In this document: positions 55,501-64,000 of the stretch, one piece after another | How the letters are laid out: the number at the start of each line of letters is the position of its first letter | Numbering within the stretch: position 1 is the stretch's first letter | NCBI GenBank assembly: GCA_964016885.1 | Contig: OZ024746.1 | Span: 77,996,001 to 78,060,000 of the forward strand | Source of the DNA: Eledone cirrhosa | Taxonomy: Eukaryota | Length of the DNA stretch: 64,000 bases | Reading direction: 5' to 3' | Notes under the pieces: generated by a model | Seen by the model: the letters and a program-made list of their open reading frames with translations, nothing else | Databases searched by the model: none | What the model was told of the DNA's origin: nothing | Made by a program: the position numbers and the translations under genes

Positions 55501-55790
55501 GTGATCATGTAGTTGTATGGTATGGTATGAAGTGGGTTGTAGTGTGGTGTGGTGTGGTGTATGGTGTGGTTTAGTAATGTGATGATGTGGTATGGTGTAG
55601 TGTGGTGGAAACATCAGTGGTGTATGATGTAGTTACATGGTATGGTATGGCATGAAATGGTGTGATCTCTGATGAGGTGTAGTGTAGTGTCTGTGTGATA
55701 TGTGATGTTGCTGTGGTATGGTGTGGTGTCTGTGTGATATGTGTTGGCATGTGGTGCGTTGCAGTGATGTACAGCTGTGTGATGTGGTGG
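49598..55790. repeat. ~6-kb compound minisatellite: constant 37-bp core plus variable (GGAGT)n/(GTGGT)n pentamers
   Basis: Core TTTAGTAATGTGATGATGTAGTTACATGCTATGGAGT repeats with a unit length of about 55-95 bp. Both edges are degenerate. Confidence 0.97.
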
Positions 55791-56015
55791 TGCAATGTGA
55801 TGTGTTAGTGTGCAGGTGTGGTGCAGGAGTGATGTTTCACCATGGCAACACCTGTACCAGCATCTTGTTGATGATTTAACATAATATCTGATGTACTTGA
55901 CGTGTGTTTAGAAATGTAAACATTGAGAGGTGCAGGCAATTAGCTGTCATATATATATATATGTGTGTGTATACATGTGTGTGTATGTGTGTATACATGT
56001 GTGTGTGTATGTGTG

Positions 56016-56056
<41 letters not shown>

Positions 56057-56124
56057 ATGTATATATATATATATATGTGTGTGTATGTATGTATGTATGT
56101 ATGTATGTATGTATGTGTTTATGT

Positions 56125-56735
56125 GTCAGGTCACCAGTTGGTGCTACTGGTAACATGTATCCCAGTACAACCTGTCTCATGGTCGGGTCGTTGGCGACTA
56201 AACTTGCAACTCTACCAAGGTTTCTTGGTGAGGAGGGTGACTTTGGACATCCTGCAGGACTAAAAACAAAACCTGTCAAAGGGCAAAGGAGCTCTTAAGA
56301 GTCAATGGCCATCCAAAATCACCGGGAGAGATGACCCCTTAGCCTTTGTCAAGGCAGAATTCTAGGAGAAGGAAAACTCTGATATAACACCTGCAACCCT
56401 GATGGTATCCAATGATGTTGACTTGTTCTTCTTTTTGGTAAATATCATCTTGGTTAAGAGAGTGGGACTGGCTTTGTGCAGTGCCTTTGCTCACTATAAA
56501 AGCTTCACGGCACAGGCATTGCTTTATATCTGGAGATCTCTCTGCACTTGTCGTCACATAGTACCATGGGCCCAGCACTAGGTGTCAATAATTGTCACAA
56601 GTGTAGTGTTTGTACCAGAGTTTTCAAGTCGCTGGCTGGACTAAAAAGCCACACTCGTTCAGCGCATCGGTCGGGGTTCTCCTACATGGATATAAAGTAG
56701 TGGCCGTACTCGAAAACGAGTTGGCAGCCACCACC
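56125..56735 (+). mobile_element. Probable LINE 5' UTR-type interspersed repeat fragment
   Basis: Higher-complexity, CpG-containing island between microsatellites. CTAGGAGAAGGAAAACTCTGA recalls RTE 5' regions. No ORF homology recognised. Confidence 0.35.
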
Positions 56736-56954
56736 ATGTATGTATATATGTCTATATGTAAATGTGTACATCTGTACTCAGAATGCTTACCAAAGGTTAT
56801 TTGTAATGAGTGTAAATTTGCACATTTTCCTCGACCATGTTTTCCACAATATAGACTGATAAAAGTAAGTGCATTTGTTACTTTGCCTCTCTCAGAAGTG
56901 CAGACCATTAATTATTGCTTTATGAAAGGGAGCTCTTAGCATTTTAGCAAAAGG

Positions 56955-56994
<40 letters not shown>

Positions 56995-57162
56995 ATAACT
57001 AATAGGTACCTCGGTCTGTGATCCAGTCATTCCATACCTTGGTGCCATAAGCAAAAGAACTCAACGTTATGCATATCTTCCATCATAGACATGGTATCTT
57101 GTGGTTGGTAGAGGAATGGAGTTAAATACTTCAATGAAAATATACATGTGCGTCTGTGTTTG

Positions 57163-57194
<32 letters not shown>

Positions 57195-57201
<7 letters not shown>

Positions 57202-57330
57202 TAAAGTTAGTCCTTCAGTGATCTTCCAACCATCATTGGTATTTCATATACCAATGATGGTTGGAAGATCACTGATGAAGGACTAACTTTATTCATATGT
57301 AACCCATTAGCAACGCCGCAGCACGTTTAT

Positions 57331-57335
<5 letters not shown>
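57195..57335 (+). mobile_element. Short fold-back element (about 50-bp arms, 5-nt loop) with CTGATGAAGGAC half-motif, in (TA)n
   Basis: Arms 57195-57242 and 57248-57298. A related single arm lies at 58135-58172. Confidence 0.75.
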
Positions 57336-57360
<25 letters not shown>

Positions 57361-57361
<1 letters not shown>

Positions 57362-57535
57362 GGAACAAGTATGACCCCCGACGGCAGAGCTCAAGCCGTT
57401 TCGACGGCTAATTCGAAACGGTTTGAGCTCTGCTGCCGGGGTCATACTTTTGTTCCTATTACCCACTCTACTACCCTAAGTATTGAGTACTTTGGTGCGT
57501 TATAGTACATCTGGTTCCTTACCACATTTCTTTCG

Positions 57536-57537
<2 letters not shown>
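57361..57537 (+). mobile_element. Fold-back element family P, copy 3
   Basis: Reverse complement of copies 1 and 2. Hairpin centre TTTCGA-CGGCTAAT-TCGAAA. (TA)n on both sides. Confidence 0.85.
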
Positions 57538-57574
<37 letters not shown>

Positions 57575-57762
57575 GTGTCAATCTTGCAAAAGTTACGCAC
57601 ACACACACACACACACATATAGGTATTGGTGACAGGACAAAAAACACCCAGTACACTCTGTAGAAACCAAGCCTAAATCACCTAGGTCACCTGACCTAGC
57701 ATTGCCCACAAGACAACTCGTCTAACCCATGCTAGTGTGGAAAAATTGACATATATATGTAT

Positions 57763-58100
57763 ATCATCATCATCATCATCATTTTATGTCCACTTTTCCC
57801 TGCTTGCAAGGGTGGGACGGGTCCTATTCAGCGCAGCATCCCTCCACTTGTCACGGTCCTTCGTCATCTCTTCTGTGAGCTTCAGCGATCTGAGGTCTGC
57901 TCTCACCACCTCCGCCCATGTTTTTCGTGGTCTACCTCTACTGCGTCTTCCTTCTACTGGGATTTCCTTCTACTGGGATTTCTTGACACTTCTTTACCCA
58001 GCGGTCATCCTCCATGCACATCACATGTCCATACCATCTCAGTCTTCTCTCCTGCACACCACAACTTATCCCTCTTATACACAGTTTCTCTCTCAACTCA
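57763..58100 (-). mobile_element. RTE-clade LINE 3' end with (ATG)n tail
   Basis: Minus strand translates MEDDRWVKKCQEI...SRGRPRKTWAEVVRADLRSLKLTEEMTKDRDKWRDAALNRTRPTLASREKWT*. Confidence 0.9.
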
Positions 58101-58314
58101 TCTATGTATGTGTATATATATATATATATATATATGAAAAAGTTTGTCCTTCATCACTGGCCTTCCAACCATCGTAGGCATTTTGTCGCTTTAAAGGCCA
58201 TATACCTCAGGTTGGTGTGAGCAACGGCTAAAAAAGTCGTTGGGACACGTAAATAAAGGGGACGCTAGGGTAAACAAACAAAATGGTTTAAGCAGCTCTA
58301 TTATTATTATATAT

Positions 58315-58422
<108 letters not shown>

Positions 58423-59206
58423 ATAAACTCACACACACACATACATTACATATGTATAAATCTCTATATTTTATAAATTAATAACAATAATAATAACAAT
58501 AATATTAATTTCAACTCTAAAAGCAAAGATTCTGATGATTTACTTTGCAGTATCTTTTGACAATACATATCTATATTTTGTCTTTTATTATTTATCTCCT
58601 TCTTCTCCTCCCCCCTCTCTGTCTTTTATGTTGTCATTGCCCCCTCCTTTGCTGTTTCTTCTTCTTCTTTAACACCACTACCTTCCACATTTCTTATATG
58701 TTACTGAAGGAGAGAGAGAGAGAGAGAGCAGGGAGCATGAGAAAGAGAGAGAGCAGGGAGCGTGAGAAAGAGAGAGAGAGGAAGATTGAGAGTGGGAGAG
58801 AAAGAAAGAAAGAGATAAAGGAGAGGGAGAGAAGGGAAAGAGAGAGAAGGGCAGAAAGAGTGAGAGAGAGAGATAGGAAGAGTTGGAGAGGGAGAAAGGA
58901 TTGTGAGAGACAAAGAGAGAGGGAGAGTGAAAAGATGATCTCTACACAAACAGGAGCACATATTAATATACATAATTTTAATTTAAGTGTTGTTGTTATT
59001 TTTGTCATTGTCATTATTATTCCTCTTGGAAGAAGAAGAAGAAGAAGAAGAAGAAGAAGAAGAAGAAGCCATGATTTATTACTTCATTTTTATTTGAAAT
59101 TTTATTTTGCTTTTGCTTTTTTTTCTTTCTATTTATCGTTTTTTTGTTTTTTTTTTCAAAATAAATTATTCTATTTTATAAATTTATTTATTAACTGTTG
59201 GGAGTG

Positions 59207-59760
59207 TTCTTCTTCTTCTTCTTCTTCTTCTTCTTTGCCTTTTTCTTCTTCTTTTTCTTCTTCTTCTTCTTCTTCTTCTTCTTCTTCTTTTTCTTCTTCT
59301 TCTTTGCCTTTTTCTTCTTCTTCTTCTTCTTCTTCTTCTTCTTCTTTGCCTTCTTCTTCTTCTTCTTCTTCTTCTTCTTCTTCTTCTTCTTCTTTGCCTT
59401 CTTCTTCTTCTTCTTCTTCTTCTTTGCCTTCTTCTTCTTCTTCTTCTTCTTCTTCTTCTTCTTTGCCTTCTTCTTCTTCTTCTTCTTCTTCTTTGCCTTC
59501 TTCTTTGCCTTCTTCTTCTTCTTCTTCTTCTTCTTCTTCTTCTTCTTCTTCTTCTTCTTTGTCTTCTTCTTCTTCTTCTTCTTCTTCTTCTTCTTCTTCT
59601 TCTTCTTCTTTTTCTTCTTTGCCTTCTTCTTCTTCTTCGTCTTCTTCGTCTTCTTCGTCTTCTTCTTCTTCTTCTTCTTCTTCTTCTTCTTCTTCTTCTT
59701 CTTCTTCTTTACCTTCTTCTTCTTTGCCTTCTTCTTCTTTGCCTTCTTCTTCTTTCTTCT
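59207..59760. repeat. (CTT)n tract with recurrent TTTGCC interruptions
   Basis: Directly visible. It is the source of the poly-S, poly-E and poly-F ORFs. Confidence 0.97.
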
Positions 59761-60531
59761 GTCTGTTTGTTTGTTTGTTTTTACAAAGGCAGGCCTTTTT
59801 ATAATAGTAATTAGACTTTTGAAGCATACATAATTTATTGGCTATTAATATAGACATTTGAAACTTGGCTTTCCATAAGCAGCATGGCAGATCAGAATAT
59901 TGTATTTCACTTTTCAATGTAACAGAATGCTGAAGGAGATGTTGTTTTGTTTTGTTGTTGTGTTGTGTGTGTGTGTTTTTTTTATTTAGATATTTATTTT
60001 CATCTATTTATTTGTTTTATTTATTTTTATCTATTTATTTCACTTTCTGTTTTAATTTAGTCATTCATGTTTCTTTTTCTATGGGTTCTTTTTGTTTGTG
60101 TTATATAGTTGTTTTTTTTTGTATATGAATTTGTGTGAATATATATATATGTATATATATATATATATGTGTGTGTGTGTATATATACATATATATATAT
60201 ATGTGTGTGTATGTACTTTTGTGTATATATGGATTTTTTTTGAAATATAATGTTTTATGAATGTTTTTTTTTTTTTTGCATATTTGCTTGTATGCATTTT
60301 TTCTTTTGCATATATGTGGGTTTAATTTTTTTTTGTAATATTTTATGTGTATGTGGTTTTTTTTTTGTATGTGTGTATGTATGTATGTATGTGTGTGTAT
60401 GAGTATGTGTGTTGTTTTTTAAAATCATTTGTTTAATATTTTATTTCCCATTTGTTAAGATGCTGCTATGACAAAAATATCATTCCAATAAAAAGTAATA
60501 TATATATGTGGGTGTATATATACATACACAA

Positions 60532-60564
<33 letters not shown>

Positions 60565-61004
60565 TACATAAATACATGTGTGTATGTGTGTATATAAAAT
60601 TTATTTTTCTCTTCCACCATCAATAATAAGAGATTATGAAGAGAGACTGACGGGTCGGTGGCGAAGGGGGTGGGTGATGATAAAAAAATTGTGATATAAA
60701 AACAAAAACAAAAATAAGAACAAACAACAAATAAAATGGAGAAAAAAAATATAATAAAATAAAATAAAATGAATAACAATTGGTAATAATTGTTAGAAAG
60801 CTGCATCTATTATTTCTTGAAGAATTTTAATAATTTAAGAATCTTGTCACATGCAATAATAGTTAATTTATAGCCCATAGATGCTTCTGCGTCCATATTT
60901 CAAGAAATGGTTAACAGCTATTTAACTCTGCCACATATGTTTGATACACTAGAAGGATTTTTTTATGATAATGATGCCTGCATATATGTATGTAGTTGTG
61001 GTGC

Positions 61005-61042
<38 letters not shown>

Positions 61043-61122
61043 CTTTATCTCCTTGTTGAGTCATTATATATATATATTATATATATATTTTATATTTTAT
61101 ATATATATATATATATAAAATG

Positions 61123-61160
<38 letters not shown>

Positions 61161-61433
61161 CTATATATATATATGCTAGCATGGAAGATAGACGTTAAAT
61201 GATGATGATGATGATATATATATATATATAAATATTATATAAATGATGATGATGATGATGATATATATATATATATATATAAATATTATATAAATATATA
61301 TATATATATAAATATTATATAAATATATATATATATAGTTAATAAATGAAACAAAACAAAAGACATGAAACAAAATTACACTGTTATATTAGGTTCAGAG
61401 AGAACAAGAGCAAGAGTGGTGCATTTATATGTG

Positions 61434-61503
<70 letters not shown>

Positions 61504-61660
61504 TGTGTTTGTGTGTGTAAAATCAAATTTTCAATATTTCAAAAAGCTGTTGACACTTAGCAACTCTTCATTCATCCAAAACAGATTTCTTTCACTCGAA
61601 ATATTTTTGTTTTAATTTTAAATTTTATATATGATATATATCTATAATTATATATGGCAC

Positions 61661-61755
<95 letters not shown>

Positions 61756-62059
61756 TACATATGTATATATATATATATATGTATATATATGTATATTTAC
61801 ATATATACATATGTATATATATATATATATGTATATATATGTATATAAACATATATACATATGTATATATATATATATATGTATGTATATATGGATATAT
61901 ACATATGTATGTATATATGTATATATATATGTATATGCATGTATGTATATGTATATAAATATGTATATGCATGTATGTATATGTATATAAAATGTAGATG
62001 CAACAACAACAACATCACATATATATATATGTGTATGTATATATAAATATATATATAAC

Positions 62060-62100
<41 letters not shown>

Positions 62101-62347
62101 ATGTAGATACAACAATAACAGTATAAGGAAGCCATTGTTTAATGATAAATCTAAGTATGATGTTATAGTATGTTCATTTGCGGTTTCTTCTTTTCCTTCT
62201 TAATAGCCATATCTTAATATTGTTTGCTCTTTTTTTCTTTTTCACTCAACTTTGATCAATTTCTAATGAAATACAAATGCTCTGTCAAGCAACTTATGGC
62301 TTTTAGCTTTAAATCTTTATGGATATGTACTTGTGTGTGTGTTTGTG

Positions 62348-62408
<61 letters not shown>

Positions 62409-62467
62409 GGTCGTTTTGGAACCCTCAACAATGTAGATGGGTAAATATCCGGGGGTAATGAGAGAGA

Positions 62468-63221
62468 TCATCATCATCATCATCATCAACGTTTAACGTC
62501 CGTGTTCCACGCTTGCATGGGTTTGGACGGGGGTAGTCCCACTTGAGGCAAGAGTGATTGTCTTGCTCGCATAGGACTGTCTGGCAGGTTTTCTACAGTT
62601 GGATGCCCTTCCTAACACCAACCACATTTACAGTGTGGGTCTGGGAGGTTTTTACCGTGTTGCCTACACGGCCACATTACAGCGTGGACTGTGTGTTTTT
62701 TTGTCGCGACACCTACACGATCTCATTTGTTTCGGCCTCGATGGCGCGGCACCAACATAACTTTACATAGAACGGGGTGGTGTGGATCGGGTGATGTAAG
62801 AGAAAATGTAGAATGTATATATATATATATATATATATCATCATCATCATCATCATCGTGTAACCTCTATCGTCCATGCTAGCATGGGTTAGACAGGAAT
62901 TGTCCCACTTGAGGCAAGATTGGTTGGGTTACTGTGTCTCGCTCGTATAGGACTATTTGGCAGGTTTTCTACAGCTGGATGCCCTTATATATACATGCAA
63001 CACATATATATATATATACACACATATAAATAAATCTATATTCGTTCTCTTATTCTTTTGCTAGTTTTACTCAATAGACTGTGGCCATGCTGGGGCACTG
63101 CTTTAATTTAGTTGATTATATGTGACAACAAAGATGACAATAATTATGTTTTCTGTTTTTGATCACCTTTTTGTTGAACCAATGAATTACAGGACATAAA
63201 CACACATACATATATTTATGT

Positions 63222-63273
<52 letters not shown>

Positions 63274-63670
63274 CATCATCATCATCATCAACATCGTTTA
63301 ACGTCCATTTTCCATGCTAGCATGGGTTAGACGGGAGTTGTCCCAATTTGAGTCAAGGTTGGTCGGGTGACCGTGTCTCGCTCATATAGCACTGTCTGGC
63401 AGGTTTTCTACGGCTGGATGCCCTTCCTAACACCAACCACATTTACAGTGTGGAACTGGGAACTTTTTACCGTGTTACCTACACGGCCACATTACAGCGT
63501 GGACTGTGTGTTTTTCGTCATGACACCTACACAATCTCAATCTCATTATCTGATTTATTTGGACTGGATGTTGAGGTACCAACTTTACAGAGAGAGGGTG
63601 GTGTTGGTGGGAGTGGGAGGATAGGGTAGGGGTAGTGGATTGTGGTGTATATTTGGTTAAGCGGTGCCTA
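62468..63670 (-). mobile_element. Three SINE-like family C copies (62468-62800, 62838-62985, 63273-63670)
   Basis: Each starts with (CAT)n...CATGGGTT(A/T)(G)GAC and contains CTGGATGCCCTT. Confidence 0.85.
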
Positions 63671-64000
63671 CTGACTGTAGGTTTCGCTTTGTACATAGGC
63701 AAGGTGGGTCTTCTGTATTACTGCACAGCGCCAAAGATCTCGGTCCAGTGACATTGTCTTAGAGAGGTGCAAGTGTGTAAGGTCGGAATTTATTAGATCG
63801 TCCCAGGTTTTTCTGGGTCTACCTACTCCGTAACTACCATCAATTTTGATCGCCCTGCACTTTTTTATACAGCTGTCGTCTTTCATGCGCATCACGTGGC
63901 CATACCAACATAGTCTTCTCTCAAGTAAACAGCATCTGATTCCTAATTTCTCAATTAGTTCATTTATGCTTTGCCGTTCACGTATATTACTATTACACAT
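63671..64000 (-). mobile_element. RTE-clade LINE ORF C-terminus (continues beyond window)
   Basis: RRLCWYGHVMRMKDDSCIKKCRAIKIDGSYGVGRPRKTWDDLINSDL...DRDLWR, the canonical RTE C-terminal motifs. Confidence 0.9.

Noticed and set aside
49598-55790. CRISPR-like look (constant repeat plus variable spacer)
   Set aside because: The spacers are only pentamer copy-number variants, not unique sequences. No cas genes, and the context is eukaryotic.
56125-56250. Twister- or HDV-like ribozyme (GAGGAGGG, GACTAA, enclosing stem GGTCACC/GGTGACT)
   Set aside because: I could not place the required pairings and conserved residues in the correct order. A covariance-model search would be needed.
58545-59917. 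419-aa poly-Ser, 248-aa poly-Glu and 211-aa poly-Phe ORFs
   Set aside because: All arise from (GA)n and (CTT)n tracts; no domain signal.

Overview
Eukaryotic, AT-rich, repeat-saturated non-coding DNA with a 200-N scaffold gap at 25305-25504. The repeat style (long (TA)n/(CA)n tracts, tRNA-headed SINEs, RTE/CR1 debris) suggests an octopus or other cephalopod genome; this is an inference. I found no supportable host gene, and nearly all listed ORFs are translated microsatellites. Real coding remnants come from non-LTR retrotransposons: a CR1/L2-type 3' end, several RTE pieces and an R4/Dong-like C-terminus. The window also holds three SINE families, piggyBac- and Tc1/mariner-type MITEs, a probable non-autonomous Helitron, and two adjacent satellites (71-bp unit, and a ~6 kb variable pentamer-based unit). 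The most striking signal is about ten mutually unrelated short elements sitting inside (TA)n tracts. They carry type I hammerhead-ribozyme motifs (intact, variant or decayed), and many are long fold-back palindromes or have direct terminal repeats. This fits a diverse, microsatellite-targeted Penelope-like/retrozyme-type system. All motifs were read by eye; no folding or database search was run.
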